The notes: generated by a model from the letters alone, not told the origin. A stretch of 64,000 bases of DNA from Octopus sinensis (GCF_006345805.1 NC_043003.1:68200001-68264000); one strand, 5' to 3'. Numbered from the stretch's first letter, positions 26,273 to 40,612 are shown. Program-made: numbers and translations.

Positions 26273-27278
26273 GGATATTGAAGACGTATTTACATTCCCA
26301 ATCACGCACACTCAAACACACTCACATATATACAGCCACACGCACATATATACATACACACATCACACACATAAGGATATATACAATTGCACATATAATC
26401 ATACACACAGAATGCTTCAAATATACTTATATATGTGTGTGTGTGTGCGTATGCTTGTGTGCGTGTAAACTCATATATGTACATGAACACAGCACGTAAT
26501 CACATATATACGTATACATATATACAGAGACGTGTTTGTATATGTGTTTGCTCATTGTGTGTATGAATGTGTGTGTGTGTGTGTGTGTGTGTGTTCATGT
26601 GTATGGAAGCACTGTATCTCAGTTAAACTACGTAAATAGCTATTTTGCTCCGCTGTTACCTAAAGCGCTCCATTCAATAAATGGCAACGGAGGCAACTGT
26701 CTGATGTCAATGTAATTACTTCCCATTCTGTAGAGAATACGACTGATTGCTAAATCTATTGTCGGTTGTTTGCTAGTTTTATTTTATGTGCACATTTTAT
26801 CGATAATAATCATATCTACCTGATTATGCAATATGATAAATTAGATCGCGCTGTTTGAGGTATTGCCTTGTTTTTAGTCTTGTATTAGTACATATGCTAT
26901 GTTGTTCATGTTCTTTTTGTCGATACAACAGCCAGGAAATGAGTTGATGGTCGCGCCACCTACTAAATATAAGGTTGACATTGGTATTACTTATATACCA
27001 CTATAACGATGTACTACATTCTTATATAAGTATCACCTGAAAATGAATGTGATTTTTCAAAAGTGTCGGTTCCATCCCATCTTTTCTGGGGGAGCCCAGC
27101 AAACAATTGCGTAGGATGCATCAGGCCATGGATGTGTATGAAATCAGTTCCCTTGGCAACCATACCGCTTTGCGTTTAGACCGAAATAAGCAGCATATTG
27201 GGCAATTAAATTCTGCCGTAATCTCAGTTTCACCAAGAAATTCTAATTGAACTTTGATGTGTGTGTGTGCGTGTGTAT

Positions 27279-27461
27279 TCTTTTATACTTTTATTTCTTT
27301 TGTCATTTGACTTTGCCATGCATTTAGTCGACCAAATCGACCCCAGGGGGACGTAAACACACCAGCATCTGTTGTCAAGTAACGTTGTGCGGACAAACGT
27401 AGACACACAAACATATACACACACATGCATACATACATACATACATACATACATACATACA

Positions 27462-27494
<33 letters not shown>

Positions 27495-27662
27495 GTGTAC
27501 GAGGGTCTTCTTTCCGTTTCCATGTGCCAAATCCACTCACAAGCCTTTGGGCGGCCCGGGGCCATATTAAAAGACACTTGCGCAAGGCTCCACGTAGTAG
27601 GGCTGAACAAGAAACCATGTCGTTGGTAAGCGAGCTATTTACCACACATCCAGTCCTGCGCC
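27279..27662 (-). mobile_element. SINE family A with internal (TATG)n
   Basis: Reverse complement of head (..ttaccacacatccagtcctgcgcc), middle and tail. Confidence 0.85.
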
Positions 27663-27849
27663 TATAGGTATGTAAATATCTGTGTGTATATATATATAAT
27701 CATACATACATACATACATACATAAATACATACATATATACATACATATTTATTGAAGTATAAAATGTTATATATTTATTACGGCTGATCTTACCAATCT
27801 GTTTAACACTAGGATTCAACGGAGTGTAACAGTATGAGCCTGCGCTCAT

Positions 27850-28260
27850 CAGATGTTAATGTACACATCCTGTTTGTGGTTGCTGTGAAGAAGATGATGA
27901 AGCATCATCTCTGGAGGCGCTTTTGTTGCCAGTGGGCAAAATTTGTCTGGAAAATGTTTTGTAAGAAATTTGTGTGTCTTTAAGGGTTGTGCACCTGTGG
28001 AAACGGAATGTATGCAGTGGTACCATATGTATAGCTTTTGTGGGATGGGGCCATACACATCAGTACTCGTTAGTTTGTTACCTTTCTGTTATGTATTGGT
28101 TAATTTCGTGCGGCATTTATGTGTGCATGTTTTTGTGTGTAGCGGTACAATGTGTAGAAGTTTATATAGGAGGAATTGGGAAATTCTGAATGTCCGCCGT
28201 GATGGGATGGGCGAGTTTGTTTTTGTCGAATTAGTGTATGTTCTGGTCACACTCTTTACT
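27850..28260 (-). pseudogene. Possible Penelope RT-endonuclease linker relic
   Basis: Minus frame IWYHCIHSVST..FLTKHFPDK loosely matches the Penelope IWFNPP..FL.LI.KHFP region. Confidence 0.35.
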
Positions 28261-28329
28261 GGACTGGTGGCAGACTAAGCTGCCCTAACCACTGGGCCAT
28301 TGCGCCTCATATATATATATGTATGTATG

Positions 28330-28433
<104 letters not shown>

Positions 28434-29945
28434 CATCCTCATGCATATGTACACACGGTCTAGTAAACATGCATATACTCGTGCACGTAGGTTCGCACAC
28501 GTATAACATGAACCCGTGTATGCATCAGAAACTGTACATAAACGCACTCATACAGCTGGTATACACACATTCTTGCTGGCTATGTATCCAATGTCACTCA
28601 AGTCTCTTCAAATAGCAGCCTGACAGCCAGTTACACCCAGCCTCGTGTCTAGCCAAACGGGCCAAGGAACCCCTGTTTTTAATGAATATGGTATCGCTGA
28701 AATTTCGATTCCACTTCTAATGACACCATCTCAGCCACCTTGACCAGCAGCAACCCAGTTTCAAGCAGTCATCGTGGACTTCTTGCACATCTGCATTCGG
28801 TTACCAGAGTCCGAGAAGCTACGTTTCTATGAGATTTGACGTTGCATTTCTCCATTGTCTTTTTGCTAAATTTTCATTACTTTTACAATGTATTCGTACG
28901 TGTTCATGAGCTTGTGTGAATATATATGTAAGGGCTTCTGTAAATTCATGGGTATACACTATAACGTTTAGAGATTTATATGAAAGCAAATATAACTTAA
29001 GAATAAAGGAGACTTTTCATACACAGCGATGTATACAGGTAAAAGTATAAGAAACATCGCTGAAAACCATATATAAAACTGTTTACCATCCCAACTATTT
29101 CCCAGACCATGGTTTCTAACTATTTCCAGCAAAAAAATATTCGCTGAAGGCCAATTTTCATCAGTGGGATAGCCTTTAGATTTCAGACATACAGACAGCC
29201 AGATCCACATGTAGAACTAACTGGTAATAATAATTTATTATTACCCTATGTATTACGTTTAAATATATATATATATAAATATTGCATGATATAAATTAAA
29301 TTGATAATAGCTGCTTTGGCGTTGCTCTTGTGCTTCTTGTTCAATTAGTTATCAGAGAAATTTCTGTGTATCAAAGCCGTGATCAGATAACATTGTTCAA
29401 GCCACCATCTTTTCTGATCTTGCTAAAATACTGTATCAAATTCGACAACATTGTCTGTTGACGGCTCAAAAACTCCAGGTTTTGTAACGTTGTATGTAAT
29501 AAATAAGTAAAAAGTTAACATTAACATTTTCCCTTGAATAGGTAATTCATGCTTCAGCTATGAATATGAAATATTATAAGAAATATTCTATTATCAAATA
29601 AAATCAATAATCATTGAAGTGATATATATTAACAACCTAGGTGGTACGGTATAAGAAGGAAAATGTGTCTGCCTGGTATAGAATAACATGTGTGTTTGTG
29701 TTTCCTTATTTCTCTCATGTGAACATTTAGATAAATCGAGCGCAAATGATGTTATTAGCTAATATCGCGTATTATATTTCTTTTGAAGCAGAACTTAGGC
29801 AATTTCATGAGTTTAAATAACGCTAATGAAAATAATGTTTCCTTTCATAAACTGTTAAATACTCATTATGTTAGTACGTATATACACACATGTACGCCTA
29901 TATTATATAAATGTTTATGTGCACCTGTATAAAGAGAGCTTCATA

Positions 29946-29979
<34 letters not shown>

Positions 29980-29980
29980 C

Positions 29981-30032
<52 letters not shown>

Positions 30033-30034
<2 letters not shown>

Positions 30035-30153
30035 GTCAGCATCATGATCGTAAGATTGTGGTTTTCGTTCCAGGACCGGGCGACGCGTTGTCTTCTTGAG
30101 CAAAACACTTCATTTCATGAGTAACGCTGCGATGGACTGGTGGCGCATTTATT
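30033..30153 (+). mobile_element. Internally deleted SINE family B
   Basis: catcatgatcgtaagattgtggtt..gcgacgcgttg..gagtaacgctgcgatggactgg. Confidence 0.8.
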
Positions 30154-30155
30154 AT

Positions 30156-30460
30156 GTGGGGGTGCAATGGCCCAGTGGTTAAGGCAGCACACTCGCGGTC
30201 GAGGGATCGCCGCTTCGATTCCCAGACCGGGTGTTTTGTATATTTATTGAGCGAAAACATCTTAAAGCTCCAGGAGGCTCCGACAAGGGGTGGTGCCGAA
30301 AACTGTTGTACTCTTTCGCCACAACTTTCTCTCAGTCTCTCTTGGTGTTTCTTGAGTAATGCTGCAATGGACTGGCGTCTCATCCAGCCGGGGGAAATAC
30401 ATACGCCACGGAAACCGGGAAACCGGGCCCATGAGCCTGGGTAGGCTTGAAAAGGGCGAC
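30156..30460 (+). mobile_element. SINE with a different tRNA head and body but a family B 3' tail
   Basis: Head gcaatggcccagtggttaaggcagc..ttcgattccc; tail gctgcaatggactggcg..gaaaccgggaaaccgggcccatgagcctgg. Confidence 0.8.
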
Positions 30461-31664
30461 GTTTTCTTAATCAATTTTTATGTAAATATATACGCATATG
30501 TGTATATCATATCTATGTGTACATAAATATTTATATGTATATATGTATATATATACGTACACATGTACGTATGCATATATGTATATAACTGTGTGTGTGC
30601 TTGCGTGAGAGTTTGCGTGGGTGTGCGTGTGCGTGTGCGTGTTTGTGTGTGTTTGCACACACATACATTCAAAGAGGTTTGCGGCCTCCTTGTTCTTCAT
30701 CTTTATCAATAGCATTCCTGATTGTCCATGCCTCACTTCTGCCGTTGTGGATCTGCATTGTTTGAAGCAATGGGTGAAAGTTGCAAGTTACCGTCCACTT
30801 CCGACTGGTTAGGTCTGCATATGCCACCATCATCTTTCGCTATAGCACTTTCAGAAACTGGAATGGCAAATGATGTCACCATAATCAGACGTTTTCATGC
30901 CATTAACCTATAGTGATAAACCCTTGTAGAACACGAGTCCCGCTCTCTGAGTCCATGATATTAGTAACTATTGGTACGCGGAAGTTAGATGGCTAGTAAT
31001 CACGTGAAATCACAGAGTTTACATCCGCTTAGGCGAAAAATAAGAATTGGAAGAAAAAACAGATTAGGTGAAAAACAGGTGAAATTACGTAGATATGAAA
31101 GTCACTTTGTTTATGCGGTTGAGTTCTTGTTTATATTATTTCATAACATTGGCCTCTTTTATTCGTAAGTTGCCAGTGTTCTGTAGAGTAGCTTTTCGAG
31201 AACGAATTAAAAGTGTATGATAACATGTAAAATGCAATGTTAAGCTTGATAATGAAATGTTTCAGAATGCAAAAAAGCCGAGTTTTAATCGACTACTAAA
31301 TTGTGATGACGTTTATGGGCATAAATTTAAAATAATGTAAAATTTATTATATCATTTGATCGACGATCTCTTTTGCCCTAACGGTTGTCTTGTTAAACGT
31401 GGGAAAAAAAACTTCATTTATAATTTAAGTGAACGTGAATGCCAAGTAGAATCTAATCAACCGGACAACAGCACACAACTACATTAGCTCTTTAAAGGAA
31501 AAGACGTTGTCACCACTCAAGAAATTACTGTAACGTTGACTCATTTAACGTAGTTGAGTTCCACACATGTTGCTTTGAGTGAGGTCTCGTTGTGGTTATT
31601 CTGTAGTAATAATAACAGTGGTCAACAAAATGATACTTTTTTAATCATCAGAGATACTGATTGA

Positions 31665-32700
31665 CTTTTCTGGGTTAGTGTTTGATGCTGGTTACGAATC
31701 TGAAGTCCGATTTCCGCTATCAGGTCACATTTTCATGTTAATGATACCTGCTCTTTTAACTTATAGGATACGTAAAGCATATCTATATAAAGTATATTGA
31801 ATATAAGATACGATAATTTCATGGCATTTTATAGTACAAAATTAAAATTATTGTGTACACATAAGTTAGAATACACTCGAATGCATAACAATTTAAAATC
31901 TTTTGGGATTTTGACTTTCTATTGTGTTTTGTTTCACGTTCAACCCTGTATAACATCCAACAGTAGTTACGTAACATTCCTGCATTCCAAAATCCTTGAT
32001 ATCGTTGTTCCATCGATGCAGTATCCTGATGAAGGCGTTCCCTTGCTCATCAGTCACTACTCCAAGATTCCCAAGGAAATGGACTCTTAGTGACATGCGG
32101 CAGCCCATTGCAGCGTAGGAGTCTTAAAGACATGTCACTCCATTTCTAAATTCTAGAGATCTCTTGTTGCCTAGGAAATTTCCACAGAGCTATTTGAAAG
32201 ATTCCCGGGATTTAAGCTCTATCTCATCCAGTGCTTGAGGAAGTGGTTGTCCTTCAGGAATTCTTTTATCTGCGGACCTATGAATACGCCCTCCTTCAGT
32301 TTTGCCTCGGTGATATTTGAAAATTTGGCCTTTACATATTCAAAACCTTTTGAGCATTCCCTGGCAAGTGTCTTCACGAATTGTTTCATGAGGCCAAGCT
32401 TTATGTGAAGAGGGGGAAGAAGAACATTTTTGGGTTTAGAAGTGGCTTACACTGGATGCTAGAAACTCCCGGCCCATATGATTTTGCAATCACTCTGATT
32501 GCATATAGTGCTTGTTAGTTCCACGACTGTCCCATAGGCATAAAAAGCAACAATATTTCGTGAACCCAGATTGCATTCCCATCAACATTTCAATCACCTT
32601 CAAGTCTCCATATTTTTTCCAGCTGTACCTCTCTTATCTCATCTGAAAATCTGTGACTGATAGAAGGAAAGCGATTACATTTTTGAAATTACCTATAAAA
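31665..32700 (-). mobile_element. Decayed Chapaev3-like (CMC superfamily) DNA transposon
   Basis: Minus frames read GDLKVIEMLMGMQSGFTKYCCFLCLWDSR, PLHIKLGLMKQFVK, AKLKEGVFIGPQI, GCRMSLRVHFL, MEQRYQGFWNAGMLRNYCW. Confidence 0.8.
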
Positions 32701-32827
32701 CACCATATAATATCCCTGATGAATATTGGCTGCTGACCAGTGTAATTATTCTAATGGTGGTGAGCTGACAGAGTAGTTAACACGCAAGACAACATAACCA
32801 GCGACATTTTCTTCCGGTTTAAGTTCT

Positions 32828-32945
32828 GAGTTAAAATGTGACATAGGTCGACCTTGCATTTCATCCTTTTTGTGGTCGATAACATTATGACCAGTTGAGT
32901 GTAGAGGTCAATGTAATCGACTTCCCCTCCCTTCAACATCCCTGG
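32828..32945 (+). mobile_element. Degenerate SINE family D fragment
   Basis: ggtcgaccttgcatttcatccttt..gtcgataa..aatcgactt. Confidence 0.6.
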
Positions 32946-34639
32946 TATAGAGTCAAAATTAGAAAGTATCATACCTTAATAATATTTCAACTGAGCGGCC
33001 CATTTTAGATACATATACGTATATAGTTATCGACAGTGGCTACAATATTGGCGACGTTCAGAAACAGTTATGTGATTTACAGTGAGGGTTTCCCTTCAAG
33101 ACTGACTCCCATAAAATTACACAGCCAGTAGTTATTCCAGGCCCACCAGAAAATAACTATATTCAGCCACAGAAAATACTGAAAATAGCAATGACATCTC
33201 CATCAAATCACACTTTAAATATTCAAAAAATGAAATCTGATTAAATGTTTGGACATCAAAAAACGATAAAGATCCATCTACTTTTTCTTTCAAGTATTTC
33301 AGCTTTAAAGCTACGGTCACGCTGGAGCATGAGTTTGTTGTGTATCAATAGAAGGCAACCCTGTTTTCATTTCCTTTACATTTTTTTATTGTGTCTAAAG
33401 TTATAATTAATTTTTGATTGACCACATATCGGTGACAAGTGAATTTCGCCTGGAACACCAGTGTACAATCTTTACTTCTTTTCCGATATAATATTTTTTA
33501 CATAGTCATAAGTCATTACTTTTTGCTTGATGGTTCGTCACCCCTGCAAATATGACTATTGCTTTAACAGGAAAATGGTCAATAGTTTTCTGTTCCTTTA
33601 TTACTCACCCATACATAAAATTTGCGTTTATTACATCTAAATGACGAAAGAAATTTACGAGAGAACGCAAGTTTTAAGTTACATAACAGAATAATAAAAA
33701 TTCTTTTCCTCCCACTTCGTCTTCATTAATTAAATACCAGATTTATTTAACCCTTCCGTCGAAATGAGATATATATGGCATTGCAAAAGTCAATGATCAT
33801 TACCAGAGTTTCAGTAGAGTAGGTGACATTTCTCAACCGACAAATTTGCTGTCTTCATTTAAAGATAATAGAAGTAAATACGATATATATTACTTGGTAT
33901 AATGAACTAGAAACTAACTATGGTATACAAGATAAATTTTAAAGCAAAGTTCCGTGCCAATAGTTAGAGTGGCACCAATTATGTTTGTACTACAAAGAAA
34001 GTCAAAAATGTAATAGATTATTTCCTCGCCGTCTATATGCTTGGTCATAAAAGACAGTAATGTGTATTTTCAATGTACCCGGTTTCAGTCATTGATATTT
34101 TAATTTTTGGAACAAAATAGTCAGCTGGACATAGACAATTAGAGTAACATTTCTAGATGTTTCTAGACGTTTCTAACATCATTAACTATGCTCATTATAC
34201 ACGGGAGAATTAAGGTGGTAAAAGCGAATTTAATATCAATCTCATAAATACTTGTTCGAAATCTTCACTTTTAGCCTTCAGGCAGTTACTAATTGCAGGC
34301 TGTATTGGCAATAAATAAATCTATATCAAGTTGAAACATGTCATCAAATTGGGAGGAACAAATTTGTTAAGAACAATAGTTGTCTATCGTTGTCTATATA
34401 TATTCTTAATTGCTGGCTGTATACATTAAATATATATATGTGTGTGAAAGTGTTTTTAAGTGCGTATATATATATGTGTGTGTGTATGTATGTGTGTGTA
34501 TGTGTGCGCGTGTGTGTGTCTTTGTATGCATTTGCCTTAACTATTCTCATTCTCATTGCTGAGGGCAGGGACTAGGTTGGATGAACCCTCTCTCTCCATC
34601 GATCCCTACCCCGTCCCCCAAAACTGTATTTTCAGTCAG

Positions 34640-35300
34640 GGATCTTTTTGTGCATACTTTGATGACTTCCAACCAATGTCCTCTCGGTCTTCTTGGTTTT
34701 CCACTGTCACTTCCATGGGCGCAAATTTCCGAACCTTAATGAAATATCAACAATACTGCAACTTTCTCTTCCTGGTAATTGCCAAAAATTCTCTTTCTGT
34801 TATTCAAGTAGTGACTTCTTTGTTCTCCAGTCAGTATAGGTAACACCGTATTCTTCGATAACATACGATTTCTACTGGTTTTAGTATTCGAGGAGCCATT
34901 TTGCGTATAGTCTACCTTTATGTGCAATAGACCACGGTAGTATCATTAGGAGCTTTATTCTGTGATCTTGCTAAGAGCTCTGTCTTTCCAGATTGTACTG
35001 TGTGCTTATATGTCTGATCTCGCTGCTCCGAATTATGCGCCTATTTCATGGCCCCCGTTTTCTGATTGTTCTCTGATAGCACCGAAATATAAGTAATCAG
35101 TTGTAAAGTAATTCTTTGGTATTAGATGTTGAGCTACCCTGAAAAATTTTTTTTTATTCCTTCGTATTGATTTCGATCTCCAACTTGTATTCAATCTATA
35201 TACTTTGTACGTTTTCTTTTAAACTCTGTAACAACCCTCGTGTTGCTGCGATCAGTACTATATCGTCAGCAGCTCATTGTTGATGCCATTTCCATAGTTG
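34640..35300 (-). pseudogene. Possible highly decayed LINE (RTE-like) endonuclease region
   Basis: Only weak, frameshifted motif-like fragments (QEEK..KVRK); unverified. Confidence 0.25.
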
Positions 35301-36883
35301 GTGTTTACTATCCGACTGTGTAAGTATATCTGATTATCATTCTATTTCCAGAATGGGAGTTCAGGTCATGGCTGAGACAAGACAAAGTTGACGAAGTCAA
35401 CACCTTTTTTTATACAGAATCCACCTCTTTGTCCTTTCTCCGCTTTAACGGTTGATTGTTGTCTCCGGTAGAAATTAACAATCAAGGTGGCAACTTTAGC
35501 ATTCACCTCTATTATTTGTATGCATTAATTTGGTCGTAACCCTAACACTCACTCATATACAGAGGGACATTCAATTCTAATGATTTTTCCATGATGATAT
35601 ATATCACACCTTATTCATGATTTCTTTCAAAATCTCGCCTGTAATTCTGCAAACTGTTACTCAGCGCTTCTCTCTCCTTAGAAGCCAGTTCTGCAGAGGG
35701 ATTTTCATTCTTCTTTAGTTAGCTCAATGACGCAATATTTGGTGCATTCAGTAGGTCTTAATGTGTTCGGTTTCGAATATGGAAACAATTACCGTATGGA
35801 TACATTCCGGCACCTGTTTTTCCAATGCCAAGATTCTTATTGCTGACTTTGCATAGCAACTTGATCATCATTGGAGATTTTGGTTTTAATAGTTTCGCAC
35901 GAAGATTGTCAGTTTCAGCAGATTCTTATCTCTTTTAAGTTTTCCTACACTACCCCTCTGCTTCTGAGTCGAACAGTGTTGGATAGTCGGACTGATTCCT
36001 GCCGGTTTTGAGATATCATTATCCTAATACAATGTTTTCCTGCATTCTTTCCACCGTTTGAGACTGTTTTTGAGCATTTAACTTTCTGAGTCTTGATGTT
36101 TATCTGCTTCCGCTGGAATCTCTTTTGGTAGGGAGTTGGTAATATTGCTCGCCTTAAATTTTGTCTAAATTTTGTTATGACTATATTGCTCTTCAGTCTC
36201 AGCTCATTTCTTTATGTGTGTGTGAGCGCGCGCGTGCATGTGTATGTGTGTGTGCGTGTGTCTGTGTATGAGTGTATATGTGCGTGTATGTGTGTTTGTG
36301 TACATATGTTCCTAAATATATTCACATACGTACATTTAAAGATAGATTGATAGATAGATAGATAGACAAAGTACATATATATGTGTACGTATATATGCAT
36401 CTATCAATATATATATATGTGTGTGTGTGCGTGTGTGTGTGTGTGTGTATGTATGTATATATGCATGTATTGGTATGTGTGTGTGTGTGTTTGGTAGTGA
36501 GTGAATGATGTGGATGTCTTTATTCAAGCGAGGGACCAAGAAATAGCATCTATTGTGTCGTCCTAGCATTTTTGAAAAGAAGTCTCGTACAACTTTCTGT
36601 TAACATTGCGTATATTATATTAACTACTAACAGGCATTTATACCAGCAGGTAAGTCTCTAAGTGGCTTATTAGATGCTTCTAATAAGCCCTGAATATCAT
36701 ACACTGTAAATGGGTTGTTAAGGATTTAAATGTCAAGCTGAAATATTTATAGATTTCAAATTTTGAAACATCGAGTGACATAAAACTGAAGACTAAATAT
36801 TAGTTGCCTTGAAGTATTGAAATATAGAAACCATGTGTTCAAAAAGGGTCGACTATGAATAAACTTTTAACAATCGAACATAA

Positions 36884-37052
36884 TGGAGATCGGTTGACTG
36901 TGTGGTAGGAAGCTTGCTTACCAACCACATTATACCGATTTCGGTCACACTGCGTGGTACTTTGGGTAAGTGACTTCTACTATAGCGACGAGCCGACCAA
37001 AGCGTTGTGAGTGGATTTGGTAGAGGGAAACTGAAAGCCCGTCGCGTGTGTT

Positions 37053-37101
<49 letters not shown>

Positions 37102-37320
37102 GTAGAGGTGCGTATATGTGTATGTGTTCGTCTACACCACCGCATCCCCACTTGACAACCGGTGTGTCTACGTCCCCGTAACTTGGAAGTTCGACAAAAG
37201 AGAATAAGTACAAGATTTTAAAAAAAAGATAAGTACTGGAGTAGAATCATGCGACTAAATAATCTTGAACGTGCTGCAGCAGCATGGCCGCAGTCTGATG
37301 AGTGAAACAAGCAAAAGATA
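36884..37320 (+). mobile_element. SINE family A, degenerate, with internal (TA)n
   Basis: tgtgtggtaggaagcttgcttaccaaccac..gtggatttggtagaggg..acgtccccgtaactt..gcatggccgcagtc. Confidence 0.85.
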
Positions 37321-39585
37321 AACGTCGTAAATGACAAAAGAATTATGTCGACTGATGTCTAACTTTTGCCATTTCGCTTTACGCTGCCCGTTAATCATCG
37401 AATTGTAAGAGAGAGCACCTGTTCAGACAAAGAGAGTAGCGTAATTATTTACCATTGCTATACAACTATGGATATATTTTATCACGGCAGAAAGAACTTC
37501 AGCTTTACTGAAGTAAATGGCATGTATCAAGTTCTGACTAATTTTCTTTTTCTTTTATTTTGGTTTGGCAAAGAGTAAAATCTTATTCCCAATAATTATA
37601 CACGGCCATACTTTCAACACAGAATGCTTTAATCAACGACAACGACTCAACATGTGTTTTAGCTACTAGAACGACATGAAGCACAATTGTTTTGGAAGGT
37701 ATGTAATTAATTCATAGACAAAATGCAAACCTAAATACAAATCAATACAATTATATGATAATAAATTTTCGCACTCGTGTGATTATAGAAATATTACGTA
37801 TAATTTTATATAATTTATAGATTACTGTAGAGAGACGGAAAATTTATGAGTTGAAAAGACATTCGACTATCGGTATCTGAGTTAAGAAATTATACTTATT
37901 GCAAATCTGAAGAAGTATAATTAATTGTAAAGTTCATGAAACTCTCCACAATAACTACCAAAACTGTGTATTATAGGTTCTCCTTGACGCTATAGAACAT
38001 ATTCTTACTATTAGTAAATGTAATTACAATTGTATATAATTATATCGTTGGAGTATTTTATTTCATATTATTTTAGGGTTGGATCTCAGCTGAAACTTTA
38101 GCGAGAAAATTACGAATTGATTTACGTAGGAGGAAATATATTCTGTTACACTGTTAGCTTAGAAATATAATCAACTCTCCAAATCATTCTATATTTCTTT
38201 GAAACCGACTGGTAAGGTTGATGATATTATCTCAGCTAATCCTTATCTGCAAAGGAAAAAGATGACAATGTTTTGAAAATAATTTAATCACTGGTTCCAC
38301 TGAACAGCGCCAAATTGCGTCTATGTAATGCACACAACGATTTCCAATTATGCAGTTTTTCCAATGAAAATGAAAATAGTAGTACCAGTGATATAAGTAA
38401 TAGCATACCAGTGATCATAACCCCCTCCTGCTAGAGATACAATACTTGAACTTTCAGTTAGTGATATTTTCATGGACCCTGATATGATGAAACGCAAAGT
38501 CGAACGCGGTTTTGGAAGACTAGTACTTATCTATCAATTTGTTTGAAGAACTGCAAGGTTACTGGACGTAAACAATCACACTGGGAGAAACTATACACAC
38601 ACACGACGATACACATACATAGATATTCATAAGATGGGCTTCCCAATAGTTCCCATCTGCCAAAATCATTCACAAGGCGTTAGTTGGCTATAGTAGAAGA
38701 CAAATCCCCCAAGTGTCAACGGGCGGAAGCCGACACCGAGTGGATGTAAACAGCGAGATTCTAAAATCACTCAGTCATAGTTGCATAATATTTTTGATGT
38801 TAGCTATCTTTGGCAGATAAGAACTTAAACTATGTAAAGAAAACATCAACGCAGTATCATCATTTGTACCGTTCAATAATCTGCAACACTATACAAAATC
38901 ATTAAGGACAAATCATTAAATAGATTAATCACCCTTATATGCAAAATCTGAATATATTTAGAAAACCCCGTCTTTGAAGTCATTAAATCTTTATACCTAG
39001 TCTAAGAGGACATATATCACACAGAGACCGGCCTTCTACTAGGAACTATTAAATCTACCTTTAAACAGTATCACCAAAGAACATCGAATGCATCGAACCG
39101 TCATATCCGACAGCATTCTCGCAATAATGCTAACCTGTGAATAGTCACAATATCTACACTGAAGATCACAGATCAAATGAGATTTAGCGGACTATATGTT
39201 GTTTGCATGTAACAGAATTGGTTTTGACAATAAATTTATTTCCTTCGAAATGGTAGTCGAAAATTGTCGGAATATGGAATTCATTATTTCGGAACTTTTT
39301 TCATGCATCAAAAGAAACTGAAATACCGGCCAAACTACTTCAGCAAATACGACAGCAACATAGTCGTGGTAATGGTCGCCTCCAGCGTATTTGCCGGCAG
39401 GCTGCAAATAGCGCGGTGGAGTATATACCCTCTCATAGCGCTTGATGTTAAAACACCACTGAGTCTTGGAGAGGTAAGATAACTCACCTCCAATCCAATC
39501 TAGGATTCATGGTAATCAATGATTCGCCATTTCTGTGGCTTGTTAACGATGCATTTGTAATTTGACAAATGCTTAGCAATCTTAC

Positions 39586-39783
39586 TCAGTAGTGAAGATA
39601 TAAACTGAACGAAATATCGATTTCGGCTTTAATATACTAAATTCTATTGCGTATACTTGGGAAAAGTGTTCTTGTATCTGTTGCTTGACTGACTTCAATT
39701 GATGGATGTGGAATGAACTCGCCAGTTCATGACTTGTATTTTCATAGCTTGCAAAGCCATGTAGTGGTATGCTCAGAATATAC
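39586..39783 (-). CDS. Candidate 198-nt symmetric (phase 2-2) exon of an unidentified gene
   Basis: Acceptor tttattcttacgtag|G, donor GA|gtaaga, and a stop-free frame YILSIPLHGFASYENTSHELASSFHIHQLKSVKQQIQEHFSQVYAIEFSILKPKSIFRSVYIFTTE. Confidence 0.4.
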
Positions 39784-40484
39784 CTACGTAAGAATAAATT
39801 TAAATATGTAATTGAAGCAGCTTTAGTAGAATGTATGCGGCTATGGATGTATGTATGGATGGATGGATATGTATGTGTGTGCGCGCTCGCGAGTGTGTAT
39901 ATGAGCAAGTGTAGCAAAATGAATGTAGCAAAATATTTTTTCTTTGAGATTATTCGCAATTGTAAACCAATTAAATGATATTGATAAACTGTCTTAGCTA
40001 TCAAATTATCAGCGAAGCAAAGTATTGAAGAGGCCTTCTCTGAAGATAAGGTTTTTTGATACATCTGTGGCATTTGAATTTCAACACTGTTCAGTAAAAA
40101 AAGAAAAAGCTATGTTTTCAAAATTATGTTATCAATGGTTTCTAATCTACATAGAATTAAGTTTTAGCTGGTAATATCAGTATTAAGTATATCATAGACA
40201 TTCGGACTGCATCAATGTGCGAAATTCAAATTTGTTTCCGTTTTTCATTATTTAACCTTTCTATTAACATTTAGTCAAATATATCGGAATAGCAATTGAT
40301 ATATCAATGAACTTATTTACAGAAATGATTAGAGTTAAATTAGCCATTGTTGAAATGTTATCGTTTCCATAGCACGTTTCCATAGTTACTCCATGAAGTA
40401 TATAATATTGATTACATCTTTTAGCACAAGACCAGCAAGTTCTGAGAAATGGGTCAGTGCAGTACATCGGCATCAGTACTCAGC

Positions 40485-40612
40485 TGGTGCTCATTTATCG
40501 ACATCGAAAGGCTGAAATGCAAGGTCGACCTGGGCGGGATTTGAACTCAGAACGTAAAGACGGACCAAATGGGGTGAAGTATTTCGGCCGGCCTTCTAAT
40601 GTTTCTGCTATC
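40485..40612 (-). mobile_element. SINE family D fragment
   Basis: tttatcgacatcgaaaggctgaaatgcaaggtcgacc..atttgaactcagaacgtaaagacgg. Confidence 0.7.

Noticed and set aside
25686-26321. 211-aa and 196-aa ORFs and poly-E/K/R ORFs
   Set aside because: Produced by the polypurine tract, which lacks stop codons
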